A DNA stretch of 35,366 nt from a virus: IMG/VR virus record IMGVR_UViG_3300045988_101049, positions 1-35,366 of that record. One strand, given 5' to 3'. Position numbers and translations under genes: made by a program. How positions within the stretch are numbered: position 1 is the stretch's first letter; the number at the start of each line of letters is the position of its first letter. A model generated the notes under the pieces. That model was not told the DNA's origin, did not search any database, and saw only the letters and a program-made list of their open reading frames with translations. Shown one piece after another: positions 7,740-16,668 of the stretch.

Positions 7740-9797
7740 TTATTTACATTCATCAGCATAGTACGCATCCCCGTTTTTGTATCTCAGCTTACCTCCATCC
7801 TTGGCATCCTCCTTGATATATCTTTGTACGGTCTTGACGGATACTTGCAAATATTCCGCAATATCTTCAAGGCTAGCCCTTCCGTCCACTGTCGTTCTGC
7901 TTCCCGCGCCTACTTTGGAATATAGGTCAAATGCCGTTTGCAGACTGTCAATTTTCCTTTGTTTTCTGTCCTGTTTGGCGGCATTGCCTTTTCTGCTTAA
8001 TTGTTCCGGCGTCGGTACTTCTCCCCATACCCTACTTTTAGCCAATTCGCCGTCCGTGTCCGGATAGTGTCGCGGATAATCAAACCAAATATTAATCGGC
8101 TCAAATGGAGCAAACTCACGTAATGTGCCTTCAATCCGCCACGCCGTTCGTCCTCCGGTGTCGATGTTTTCCGTGTCCAGTTCCGTCATGTCAATCAGCG
8201 CATCAGGATCGCGGGCAAATACGCCGCTGCCGCTCGCTCTGTCCATTGACCGTTTGCCGGCTTGTGTTCCTTTGGAATGGTGATGGCAATAAATGACGGC
8301 GCAATCCAGCTCCGTGCATACCTTGTCGAATTGATTACAAAAATGCGCCATCTGATCGGCGGAGTTTTCATCGCCGGTGATAACTTTATATATCGGGTCA
8401 ATAACAACCGCGATATAATTCTTTTTTTGCGCCCTTCTGATGAGTTTAGGCGCAAGCTTATCCATTGGTACCGATTTACCCCTTAAATTCCAAATATCAA
8501 TAGATTTTATTGATTTTGGCGCAGTCTTTGTAGCCGCGTATACTTCTTTGAAACGATGTAGGCAACTTGCCCTGTCCAGTTCCAAATTGACGTATAGCAC
8601 GCGTCCTTGCGCGCAATCGAAACCTAACCACGATGTACCCTCAGCAATGGCGATACATAATTGAATTAGCGCAAACGACTTGCCCGCTTTAGACGCGCCC
8701 GCTAATAGCATTTTGTGTCCTTGGCGTAAAATACCGTCAATCAATGGCGCCGATAATGGCGGCATATTATCCCATGTATCGGCAAGGCTTTCCGGATCGG
8801 GCAAATCATCATTTACCGCCTCAATCCATTCCCGCCACTCTGCCCAGCTGCGTTTGCCGATGTTGGTGTCCACCAAATATTGTTTGTGACCGTCACGAAT
8901 AGCGCCCGGCAATCGAGATAAGCGAGACGGATTTTTGTTTTGCCGGTCTACGCTTAAGCCGTTTTTTTCACAGACGCTATACAGAAAATCAACGCGCTTT
9001 CGGTACTCGTCATAATTGATGGCGTCAATGCGGACAATCGCGTGCAATGACTTTTTTCCGCTATACACCAGACATGCCACCGGAATTTCCAGCTGCCGCA
9101 AAATTTCATTTTGCTTTTCAATGTCGGTGCTGTCCGATTCAACCAGCGTATAGCGATAATCGGTCACATTGGCATTCTTGCAGCCTTGTCCGTCCAGCGG
9201 GTTAAATCGAATCCACGCCCCCGCTTCCGTGTTGTACGTTCCGATGGTGTCCGTGATGTCGTCCGGGCTTCGACGTAACGATTCAATCAGTTGTCCTGCC
9301 GTTCTGTCCCAAAATCCCATGCTCGGCAAATATCGGCCGTTTTTAGCGTGGTAGCTTTCCGATACGTAGCCGACATGTTCGTCCGCCTCAAATAACGTTT
9401 CAAGGTAGGTAATTAATTGTTGCGCCGGATCCCATGTGGAGGGCTCAACCAGTTCCCGCCCTTCCAGCCATTCTGTTTGAATGATCTTGTAATCTTGCGT
9501 GATTTCGGCGTCCCATGCTAACTCGTGTACATCTTTCGCCGCCGGCTTCCAGCCGTGTTGTTTGGCAAGCATGAACACCGTACCCGCCGTGACGGGTGTC
9601 GCGTTACCGTTAAATCCCGCCCACTTGCGCGCGCATTCTCCTTCATGGAAACGCGCCGTGTCGTTCCGGCTCCAGTCTTCCCAAATATGCACGGGGTATC
9701 CTTCCAGCTTTAACGCCATGCCGATATTTAGCCAGTCCTGATAATCAAGCGCAGCGGGGTCGATACAGTCGAGCGCCTTTAATATGTCGCGATTCAT
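7740..9797 (-). CDS. DNA primase/helicase (N-terminal PriCT-like primase region plus AAA_25/RepA-like ATPase and a C-terminal HTH)
   Basis: N-terminus DYQDWLNIGMALKLEGY...WSR...ARKWAGF...GTVFMLAKQHGW is PriCT-like. Walker A is LLAGASKAGKSFALIQL and Walker B is IAVVIDPIY. The C-terminus is LEDIAEYLQVSVKTVQRYIKE. Confidence 0.75.
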   Translation of the reverse strand: MNRDILKALDCIDPAALDYQDWLNIGMALKLEGYPVHIWEDWSRNDTARFHEGECARKWAGFNGNATPVTAGTVFMLAKQHGWKPAAKDVHELAWDAEITQDYKIIQTEWLEGRELVEPSTWDPAQQLITYLETLFEADEHVGYVSESYHAKNGRYLPSMGFWDRTAGQLIESLRRSPDDITDTIGTYNTEAGAWIRFNPLDGQGCKNANVTDYRYTLVESDSTDIEKQNEILRQLEIPVACLVYSGKKSLHAIVRIDAINYDEYRKRVDFLYSVCEKNGLSVDRQNKNPSRLSRLPGAIRDGHKQYLVDTNIGKRSWAEWREWIEAVNDDLPDPESLADTWDNMPPLSAPLIDGILRQGHKMLLAGASKAGKSFALIQLCIAIAEGTSWLGFDCAQGRVLYVNLELDRASCLHRFKEVYAATKTAPKSIKSIDIWNLRGKSVPMDKLAPKLIRRAQKKNYIAVVIDPIYKVITGDENSADQMAHFCNQFDKVCTELDCAVIYCHHHSKGTQAGKRSMDRASGSGVFARDPDALIDMTELDTENIDTGGRTAWRIEGTLREFAPFEPINIWFDYPRHYPDTDGELAKSRVWGEVPTPEQLSRKGNAAKQDRKQRKIDSLQTAFDLYSKVGAGSRTTVDGRASLEDIAEYLQVSVKTVQRYIKEDAKDGGKLRYKNGDAYYADECK

Positions 9798-11377
9798 GCT
9801 CGAATCCCCCTAATTCTTTCCCTCACAGTAGCGCTCATCTTCCATTTGTTTTGGGCAATCAAGCCAATCGCCTGTGTCGCTTGGTCTTTTGTCCAATTGC
9901 CGACGTCTTTCATGCCGTATCGTTCCAGCGTCCGGATCTGTAACGGTGTTGCCAGTCCCGCCGCCATACGCTTAAACAAGCGATTAAGAACAACGGAGGC
10001 CGCGCCTTTACATGAAATGCCAGCCGGATCAACGCCCATTTTTCGCAATGTCTGCGCCTGCTTTTCCGTAACCGGTTCGCGCTCCCATGCAAAGTCGGGC
10101 TCATAATCGAGCAGCATGCCGCCGCCGATAGAAAATTCAAATTGCATAACATTGACGGTCTTACTCTTTTTCGTGCTGTTTTTTTCTAACAGGTCTTTCA
10201 TTGCCTGTTCGCGCTCTTTGACAATATCGCGATCGACTTCGTCGGCAAGTTCCAACAGGTCCAGCTGTTCCCCGTCCGCATCGGTAAGTTTTTGCGTGAT
10301 TCGCGCCAGTTTTTCTTCTTTGTCGGCGACAATGTCAGCCGGGCGGCATAGTTCCATTCGTCCCGACTGCCATAAGAAATCCAGCAACAATAAATCTTTT
10401 TTGTTTGGCGCCGGACGTGTTCCCCGGCCTACCATTTGCACGTAAAGGCTTCGGATTTTGGTCGGCCGCAAAATGACGATGCAATCTACTTCCGGACAAT
10501 CCCAGCCTTCCGTCAACAACATAGCGTTACATAGTACGGAATATTTACCGCGTTCAAAATCGCGGATAATCTCCGCACGGTCAGCCGATTCGCCGTTCAC
10601 TTCCGCCGCAGCTATGCCGATATCCTGTAACGCTTTTACCATCTTTCGGCTTGTATCAATGAGGGGTAAAAACATTACTATTTTGCGGTCAGGGCAAAGC
10701 GGTTTGACTTCTCGCGCAATCTCCGACAAATACGGTTCAATCGCATGTCCGCTATCGCCGGCCGCATAATCGCCGCCGGATCTGCCAACTTGACTGATGT
10801 CAATTTTTAGCGGTATCTGTTTCGCGATAATCGGCACGAGATAACCTTGATTAATCGCCGTAATGGTCGAATATTCAAAGGCTAACGAATCAAATATTTC
10901 GCCTAATTTCTTTTTGTCGCCGCGATCCGGTGTCGCCGTTACGCCTAAATATTTCGCTTGGAAATGGTCAATAATACGTCGATATGTGGGGCTTAGCGCA
11001 TGATGCGCTTCATCAATAATGACCGTGTCGAAATGGTCAGGCTCAAATGCTTGTAGGCGGCTTTCTCTTGATAGCGTCTGCACGCTTGCAATAGTGATCG
11101 GAGCCATACTGTGAAGGCTCGTTTGCGTGCCTTTTTCGAGCGCCGTCATGCATCCGGTCAGAGTTTCAATCTTTTCCGCCGCTTGGTTCAATAATTCTTC
11201 ACGATGCGCAAGTACCAGCACCCGCTTGCCGGCTGCTACTATGCGCCGTACAATTTCGGAAAAGATGACGGTTTTGCCTGTTCCGGTCGGGCAAACGAGC
11301 AACGTTTTAGGTCGCCCGTCTGCCCATTCCTTGAACACTGCGTCCACCGCTTGTTCTTGGTAGTCGCGTAGTTGCAT
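9794..11377 (-). CDS. DEAD/DEAH-box superfamily-2 helicase
   Basis: Motif I is LVCPTGTGKT and motif II is IIDEAHH, with helicase C-terminal motifs (QMVGRGTRP). Confidence 0.8.
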   Translation of the reverse strand: MQLRDYQEQAVDAVFKEWADGRPKTLLVCPTGTGKTVIFSEIVRRIVAAGKRVLVLAHREELLNQAAEKIETLTGCMTALEKGTQTSLHSMAPITIASVQTLSRESRLQAFEPDHFDTVIIDEAHHALSPTYRRIIDHFQAKYLGVTATPDRGDKKKLGEIFDSLAFEYSTITAINQGYLVPIIAKQIPLKIDISQVGRSGGDYAAGDSGHAIEPYLSEIAREVKPLCPDRKIVMFLPLIDTSRKMVKALQDIGIAAAEVNGESADRAEIIRDFERGKYSVLCNAMLLTEGWDCPEVDCIVILRPTKIRSLYVQMVGRGTRPAPNKKDLLLLDFLWQSGRMELCRPADIVADKEEKLARITQKLTDADGEQLDLLELADEVDRDIVKEREQAMKDLLEKNSTKKSKTVNVMQFEFSIGGGMLLDYEPDFAWEREPVTEKQAQTLRKMGVDPAGISCKGAASVVLNRLFKRMAAGLATPLQIRTLERYGMKDVGNWTKDQATQAIGLIAQNKWKMSATVRERIRGIRA

Positions 11378-11379
11378 AA

Positions 11380-11901
11380 TCAGAACGGCGGGTTCGTATT
11401 ATCGGCGGCCGCCTTGACGAACGCCAATAATTCCTTGTCGTTCGGCGCGAGATAGCGGGCAATCTCATTGCGCCACCGTGTTTGTCCGTCGCGGTTTGTG
11501 TATGATTTTTTCTCTACCTTCACATAGCCGCTTTTGCCAATCGCGCCGTCAAAATCAATGCGCGCCCGTTCGTTTTCTTTCTTCATACCGATAGACAGGA
11601 AAAATTGCCCGATTTTCCACTCTAAATCGTTACGCAACACGAGATTATCGAAGGCGCGCACGTTGCGTTGCCCGTCGGATAATTCGAGCATTAATTTCGC
11701 CATGTTGCATGGCGGAAATTTCTCATTGCCGCGCGTCCGCGTCTTTTCGTATTCTTTGACGGTAAACATATAAATGCCGTTTTCGAACGGATCAAAATTA
11801 TTACTGTCTTGGGTGATTTCATCTCCCCAACCCAATTCACGCACTTGTTGTTCTCCGTTCGGGTTATTGGCGAATTGTTTCCAGTTTGCTGCTTGTTCCA
11901 T
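11380..11901 (-). CDS. DUF669-like phage protein (Sak4-associated putative ssDNA-binding protein)
   Basis: 173 aa, directly downstream of the Sak4-like gene. NFDPFENGIYMFTV...RAFDN resembles the DUF669 core. Confidence 0.5.
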   Translation of the reverse strand: MEQAANWKQFANNPNGEQQVRELGWGDEITQDSNNFDPFENGIYMFTVKEYEKTRTRGNEKFPPCNMAKLMLELSDGQRNVRAFDNLVLRNDLEWKIGQFFLSIGMKKENERARIDFDGAIGKSGYVKVEKKSYTNRDGQTRWRNEIARYLAPNDKELLAFVKAAADNTNPPF

Positions 11902-11904
11902 TTG

Positions 11905-12849
11905 TTATTCTCCTTTGGTTTCTTTAATGACGGACACAACGCCGTCCCAATTTTTAATTAAGTTTTTTTCTACAAATTCGGTCGGGTACATTTCCAGCCG
12001 TTTTGATGCCGGATAATATCCCGCTTTCTCAACGGCCGCGCGTACCTGCTCATCGGTTACCTCAAAGTCGCTCATCAGCTTTACCAGCCGCGGGTCAATT
12101 TCCCGCTTAAATCGGTTCGGAATAATGTTCTCCAGCGGTTCATACGAAAGCGGAAATGACGGCGGCAAATCGTGCCGATTTTTCGCATCATAGGCGGGTG
12201 TGTGCGTGGTGTACACGGTTCGTTTCCCGCCGGTCGCTCTGTACTTTTCCGTACCGTTTACGTTGTACACTTTTGTTTCATAGTTGATGAATAAAAGCAT
12301 GTCCGCCCATTCTTTGATGATTGGCGCCGTTTGTGATGCGGTGCGTTTACCCAGCTTCAATTCGTAACGGTCATACGCGCCCGCCTCTCCCGGTTGCTCG
12401 AATTTACGAATTTGCGCGTGCGCCGTGAGTACCACATTCAAGCCGGCCGCGATAATCTCGTTTAACGACTTAATAAATTGTTCAAATTCTTCCCGGACAT
12501 AGGTGTAGCCGGTACCGTAGCCAAACGATTCAATGTTGGTCTTTTCGTGTTTTTTGCATACGTATTCAACGCATAGCATTTCCGCCCAGTCGACAGTATC
12601 AATCACGATGGTGCCAAAGTCATCGATAGCCGGATCTTTCGGAATACGCGCAATCATTTCTTTCAGTTCTTCCCATGTTTGCGGTACGGGCAAACGCGCA
12701 ACGTCCATGTGTGCCGTGCCGCCTTCCGTGTCAATGAATAAAGGCGCGGGAAATTGCGATGCTAATGTGGATTTGCCGATGCCTTCAATACCGTAAATCA
12801 CAATGCGCTGCGCCCGTTCTTGTTTGCCGCGTGTAATTTGAAATGACAA
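11905..12849 (-). CDS. Sak4-like RecA-fold ATPase (single-strand annealing/recombination)
   Basis: Walker A is IVIYGIEGIGKSTLASQFP, followed by FIDTEGG. It is flanked by Gp157 and DUF669 genes. The start is TTG with AAGGAG upstream. Confidence 0.7.
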   Translation of the reverse strand: MSFQITRGKQERAQRIVIYGIEGIGKSTLASQFPAPLFIDTEGGTAHMDVARLPVPQTWEELKEMIARIPKDPAIDDFGTIVIDTVDWAEMLCVEYVCKKHEKTNIESFGYGTGYTYVREEFEQFIKSLNEIIAAGLNVVLTAHAQIRKFEQPGEAGAYDRYELKLGKRTASQTAPIIKEWADMLLFINYETKVYNVNGTEKYRATGGKRTVYTTHTPAYDAKNRHDLPPSFPLSYEPLENIIPNRFKREIDPRLVKLMSDFEVTDEQVRAAVEKAGYYPASKRLEMYPTEFVEKNLIKNWDGVVSVIKETKGE

Positions 12850-12894
12850 GTTGTTTTCTCCTTTCTTGAATACCTAACGCGTCTCTCATGTTGT

Positions 12895-13383
12895 TTACTC
12901 AAATACCACGCTCTCCCCCTGTTCCAGAAATGCGCCGGTAACGGCTTGTCCTGCGTTCAGTGCTTTTTTGATGGCCGTTTTGTCGACGCTCGTCGTAACT
13001 TTCTCTCGAATAAATTCACGCGGGATAGCCGCCTCATCACTTACGATGACGCGCGCGGGATTCTTCCGGCGCTTAATGGTGAATAAATCACCTGCCGCCA
13101 CCCGCTTATCGGTTAAGGTTAAATACGTTAAACACAAGCCTTTCAGCCGTTCCATCGCGCGTTCTTTACGCTTGCGCATTTGCGCAAACTCGGCTTCTTG
13201 CGCTTTCAGCGCTTCCGTCATGCGCATTTGGTTGCGAAATAGCCAACCGATAGCGTCAATTTTTGCGCCCGCCGCATCTTCAATCGCGGCGAATGTGTCG
13301 GCGACTTCTTCCGGCGTTACTTCTTCACTTTCAAGGAGTTCCGCCAATGCGCGGTAATTTTCGCCGATTTCGTATAGTGTCAT
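12895..13383 (-). CDS. Siphovirus Gp157-family protein
   Basis: MTLYEIGENYRALAELLESEEV...AKIDAIGWLFRN...KRRKNPARVIVSDEAAIPREFI matches the Gp157 pattern. Typically found in synteny with Sak4. Confidence 0.7.
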   Translation of the reverse strand: MTLYEIGENYRALAELLESEEVTPEEVADTFAAIEDAAGAKIDAIGWLFRNQMRMTEALKAQEAEFAQMRKRKERAMERLKGLCLTYLTLTDKRVAAGDLFTIKRRKNPARVIVSDEAAIPREFIREKVTTSVDKTAIKKALNAGQAVTGAFLEQGESVVFE

Positions 13384-13676
13384 ATATGCACCTCTACATT
13401 TCTGTCGATTATCTTTTGGATAATCTCTTTCATGCCGTCAACTACTTTCAACATGCCTTCGCCTTGCCCATGGATATAATCCAGTGAACGTTCGTCAAGA
13501 AGATCCGTCTCATCAATGAAATTGGCAAGATGTTCGCCGATGGCTTCAAACGCTTTCAATTCGCTTGTAATCGATTTCCCCATTACTTTTTGATGGAAGA
13601 GACTTGTCGTGCTATAATTTATGTGTATAGTTCTTTGTGCGTCCGTTGCCGCGGGCGCATTTTTTATTTCAGTCAT
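13380..13676 (-). CDS. hypothetical early protein (98 aa)
   Basis: ATG at 13676 with GGGGGAAG upstream. Its ATG overlaps the stop of the upstream ORF (TATTATGACTGA). Confidence 0.5.
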   Translation of the reverse strand: MTEIKNAPAATDAQRTIHINYSTTSLFHQKVMGKSITSELKAFEAIGEHLANFIDETDLLDERSLDYIHGQGEGMLKVVDGMKEIIQKIIDRNVEVHI

Positions 13677-13911
13677 AATATTCTTCCCCCGCTTCTTCAG
13701 AAAAAATAACTTCCCAGTCATCAATTTCGAAGTTGTCGATGTTGCCCATAATGCTATCCTCGTAGTAATCGATTTTTCCGTCAATTTCTTCTTCATCGTC
13801 AGCCGTTACCTTAATAGTCGCCGTGATAATCGCTTTTACTTCCACCGTGTAAACATGTGTTTTAGGGATCGTCGGACGGTCAATCACCATTGGATTATCA
13901 GCTTCTTTCAT
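13669..13911 (-). CDS. small highly acidic early protein (80 aa)
   Basis: Contains DDEEEIDGKIDYYEDSIMGNIDNFEIDDWEVIFSEEAGEEYYD. Translationally coupled to both neighbours. Confidence 0.5.
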   Translation of the reverse strand: MKEADNPMVIDRPTIPKTHVYTVEVKAIITATIKVTADDEEEIDGKIDYYEDSIMGNIDNFEIDDWEVIFSEEAGEEYYD

Positions 13912-14168
13912 CTCGCCACCTCCTCCAAGTCAACGCATAGGCTCATCAGTACGCCGCCGCCAAGAATAGCGCCCCAACTTTTCGCAAGGTATTTCAGCGC
14001 CACCGAATAATCAACATATAACGCAACATCAGCCGTGATTAAATTCACCGCGCCGATTAACATAAGCGCCCCGCCGATCATCGCGCCAATTGCTCGCCAA
14101 TTTTCATGAAGGAAAAGCAGCGCTAATACCAGCCTTTGAACGACGGTAAGCTTTCTACGCCTTTTCAT
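13908..14168 (-). CDS. small 2-TM membrane protein (86 aa)
   Basis: Two hydrophobic stretches: LTVVQRLVLALLFL and IGGALMLIGAVNLITADVALYV. Confidence 0.5.
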   Translation of the reverse strand: MKRRRKLTVVQRLVLALLFLHENWRAIGAMIGGALMLIGAVNLITADVALYVDYSVALKYLAKSWGAILGGGVLMSLCVDLEEVAR

Positions 14169-14317
14169 TTCTTTTCGCCCCTTTCATCGTCTTTATACGA
14201 GATCCCCCGACGCTCGCATTCGCTTTTTATCACCATCATTACGGACCCCACGGCACCGATGAAAAACGCGCCGAATAGAAGCAGAATAAAAATCAGATCC
14301 AATAGCGATAATGTCAT
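14165..14317 (-). CDS. 50-aa single-TM peptide (absent from the ORF track, below 60 aa)
   Basis: MTLSLLDLIFILLLFGAFFIGAVGSVMMVIKSECERRGISYKDDERGEKK. It overlaps both neighbours by ATGA. Confidence 0.45.
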   Translation of the reverse strand: MTLSLLDLIFILLLFGAFFIGAVGSVMMVIKSECERRGISYKDDERGEKK

Positions 14318-14571
14318 TTTTCCAGCCTCTTTTTCGCTTTTAGGCTTTGCGTCGTCACAAGATAATCAATGAACGCGCCCGCATTAATAAGCCGCATGCC
14401 CGGATAACTGATGATTTTATCGTCATATTTACCGCTCGCTTCCATCATTGCCGCATGTTCTCGGATCTTTGTATCGCCGAGGCCTACGAATTTTTTTAGC
14501 CCACTTGTTTTGCACCAGGTATCGCCGGCGGAAATAAGCACGGGACCGTCTATCAGTTGAACGTCTGCCAT
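14314..14571 (-). CDS. hypothetical early protein (85 aa)
   Basis: ORF in the coupled early chain. No recognisable motif. Confidence 0.45.
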   Translation of the reverse strand: MADVQLIDGPVLISAGDTWCKTSGLKKFVGLGDTKIREHAAMMEASGKYDDKIISYPGMRLINAGAFIDYLVTTQSLKAKKRLEK

Positions 14572-14574
14572 TTT

Positions 14575-15030
14575 TTACGCCTCCTTTTCATCACGAATGT
14601 ACGTGCCGATCACCTTTGAATAGTAATCAGAAAGACTGATTTTAAGCCTCCACCCGTCGATCACGCGATATAATCGCACCCCCTTGAACAGACGTTGAAC
14701 AGTAGGCTCGTTCGGGGCGCTAATATCAACAATTCCCAACTCGATCAAAAAAATCTGATTTTCGATCGGTAAATATTCTCCCCCGCGCAAATCGTTCACG
14801 CGGTCATTAAAAACATCAACTTCTGCGAGCGTAACCACCGGTTCCATGTTCGCCATGTATCCCTCAATAGCCGTCAACACGTTTTGCTGCTCCAGATCGA
14901 GTGACGCTTTCACCGCTTGATACCTTTTCCATTGCTTCGCTGTTGCTTTCGTGGTTTGATACGCTTTCCATTGCTCGGCTGTTGCTTTCGTGGTTGGATA
15001 CGCTTTCCCTTGCTTGACTGTTGCCGTCAT
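14575..15030 (-). CDS. early protein with N-terminal tandem 13-aa repeats (KAY.TTKATA.QW)
   Basis: Protein repeat KAYPTTKATAEQW / KAYQTTKATAKQW / KRYQAVKAS. This matches a ~39-nt tandem DNA repeat at about 14905..15025. Confidence 0.55.
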   Translation of the reverse strand: MTATVKQGKAYPTTKATAEQWKAYQTTKATAKQWKRYQAVKASLDLEQQNVLTAIEGYMANMEPVVTLAEVDVFNDRVNDLRGGEYLPIENQIFLIELGIVDISAPNEPTVQRLFKGVRLYRVIDGWRLKISLSDYYSKVIGTYIRDEKEA

Positions 15031-15062
15031 TTGTTTTACCTCCTCTTTTATAGAATTTAATT

Positions 15063-15260
15063 CTAGTTTTTGGGTAAAAAATTAATGTTGTCAATCGGTA
15101 TCTTGTAGGCCTGTGAAATTCGTTTCTGGAACAACGCACTTACGCGCCAAGGTTCTTTTTCCCACCGAATTAAAGTGTCCTTACCGATACCGATTTTTGG
15201 CGCCGCTTGCTTAATAGTAAGGCTGGCATTTACGCGCGCCGCTCGTAATGAAATTTGCAC
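15063..15260 (-). CDS. cro: Cro-like XRE-family helix-turn-helix regulator
   Basis: 65 aa. LTIKQAAPKIGIGKDTLIRWEK is a helix-turn-helix. It is divergent from the CI-like gene. Start is GTG with GGAGGTG upstream. Confidence 0.7.
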   Translation of the reverse strand: MQISLRAARVNASLTIKQAAPKIGIGKDTLIRWEKEPWRVSALFQKRISQAYKIPIDNINFLPKN

Positions 15261-15291
15261 TTTTTCACCTCCGTTCCTTTATCTTGCTCAT

Positions 15292-15320
15292 AGTATAATC
15301 TAGAATTTTATGCTAGTCAA
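15292..15320 (-). promoter_or_regulatory. sigma70-type promoter for cro (TTGACT-17-TATACT on the - strand)
   Basis: Reverse complement of agtcaa (15315..15320) and agtata (15292..15297), with a 17-nt spacer. Confidence 0.6.
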
Positions 15321-15350
15321 GACTTTTTTTCTACTTTTTCCCAAAAAATA

Positions 15351-15379
15351 TTGACCGTTCAAGAATTTTAATCTATACT
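15351..15379 (+). promoter_or_regulatory. sigma70-type promoter for the CI-like repressor (TTGACC-17-TATACT)
   Basis: Hexamers at 15351..15356 and 15374..15379. The ribosome binding site AAAGGAG and the ATG at 15405 follow. TCTAGA palindromes at 15298 and 15397 could be operators. Confidence 0.6.
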
Positions 15380-15404
15380 ATTCATAAAAGGAGCGGATCT
15401 AGAT

Positions 15405-16046
15405 ATGTTAGAGACTGAAATTCGCGCTATTTTTAGCCGCAACTTAAAAATGTATATGGAAATCCACGACCTTAACAACGTAGAATTAAGCCGCATTGTT
15501 GGCGTATCTGAAAGCACCGTCGGCAAGTGGCTGCTTCAAAAGTCTTTGCCGCGCATGGGTGTTGTTGAACAACTTGCCAACTATTTCAAAATTAATAAAT
15601 CGGACTTATTGGAAGATAAAAACAGGGCTGTTTCAATACCAGACGATCCCAACGTTTTCACGCCTAAATTAAAAAAAGTCCCTTTATTGGGGACTACTGC
15701 AGCCGGCGAACCGATATTGTCAGATGAACATTTTGAAGGCTATGTTGGAACAACCGCAAATGCTGATTTTTGTTTGCGGGTTAACGGAGACAGTATGACC
15801 GGCATAGGAATTTATGACGGCGACATCGTTTTTGTTAAGTCGCAAGAGAACGCGGAATCCGGTCAAGTGGTAGTCGTACGCATCAACGGCGACGCCGTCA
15901 CCCTTAAGCGTTTCTATCATAACGGCGAAAGCGTCATTCTGCAGTCAGAAAATCCGGCCTATCCGCCTATGATATTCAACGCTGACAACTGTGACGATTT
16001 CCGTATATTAGGTATTGCTATCATCAAGCAAAGTGTTATTAAATAA
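15405..16046 (+). CDS. cI: CI-like repressor (N-terminal XRE helix-turn-helix plus C-terminal S24/LexA-type autopeptidase)
   Basis: N-terminus LNNVELSRIVGVSESTVGKW. C-terminus RVNGDSMTGIGIYDGDIVFV...AVTLKRF carries the Ser/Lys dyad. Confidence 0.85.
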   Translation: MLETEIRAIFSRNLKMYMEIHDLNNVELSRIVGVSESTVGKWLLQKSLPRMGVVEQLANYFKINKSDLLEDKNRAVSIPDDPNVFTPKLKKVPLLGTTAAGEPILSDEHFEGYVGTTANADFCLRVNGDSMTGIGIYDGDIVFVKSQENAESGQVVVVRINGDAVTLKRFYHNGESVILQSENPAYPPMIFNADNCDDFRILGIAIIKQSVIK

Positions 16047-16085
16047 TTATTTTTTTATATACATGTAGAGGAGGCACGCAAAACA

Positions 16086-16502
16086 ATGGATACTATTTTG
16101 GAGTGGGCTATTATTATTGGCGCGTCTTATGCGATATACCGTCGGTATCAAAAGCAAGTGCTTGCAAACAAATCGCTTTATTCAAAACGCACTTATGCTT
16201 TAATAGAAATTGCTGTGGCTATTATTTTCTTTGTGCTGGCGGCCATTTCGGGAAATTATATCTCGTCGGCATATCGGTACGGGTTTAACCCAACTGCTTT
16301 TGAGCATGGCGCGTTTTATATGTGGTTGCAACTAGATCTGGCAACAATTAACGCGGTTTTTACTGGCTTTTATAGTCGGTCGCTTAAATGGTCAATGTTC
16401 AAATCAACAATAATGGCACTGTTAACATTGTTTATATTTGGCGCCCCAATACCATTTTTGATGATTATGTTTTCAAAACCGAAACAAGCACCAAACAATT
16501 AA
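16086..16502 (+). CDS. 4-TM membrane protein between cI and int (candidate superinfection-exclusion-type gene expressed in the lysogen)
   Basis: 138 aa with four hydrophobic segments. Ribosome binding site GGAGG. Sits in the lysogenic operon. Confidence 0.5.
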   Translation: MDTILEWAIIIGASYAIYRRYQKQVLANKSLYSKRTYALIEIAVAIIFFVLAAISGNYISSAYRYGFNPTAFEHGAFYMWLQLDLATINAVFTGFYSRSLKWSMFKSTIMALLTLFIFGAPIPFLMIMFSKPKQAPNN

Positions 16503-16523
16503 ATAAATTTACATAAATTAAAA

Positions 16524-16546
16524 GCGGAGCGCTGGTAACGCTCCGC
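16524..16546. terminator. stem-loop GCGGAGCG-7nt-CGCTCCGC (terminator-like; U-tract only on the - strand side)
   Basis: Perfect 8-bp stem 21 nt after the stop of the membrane-protein gene. Confidence 0.4.
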
Positions 16547-16668
16547 AGAGAGACGCGCCCACCGTGGCATTAGGAGATGCACACAACACGGTGACGCGGA
16601 CAGTAAAACACGCCCGAAAAGGGCTGTTTTCTGTATGTTTAATTATATCACAATAAGGAGGAAAAGCC

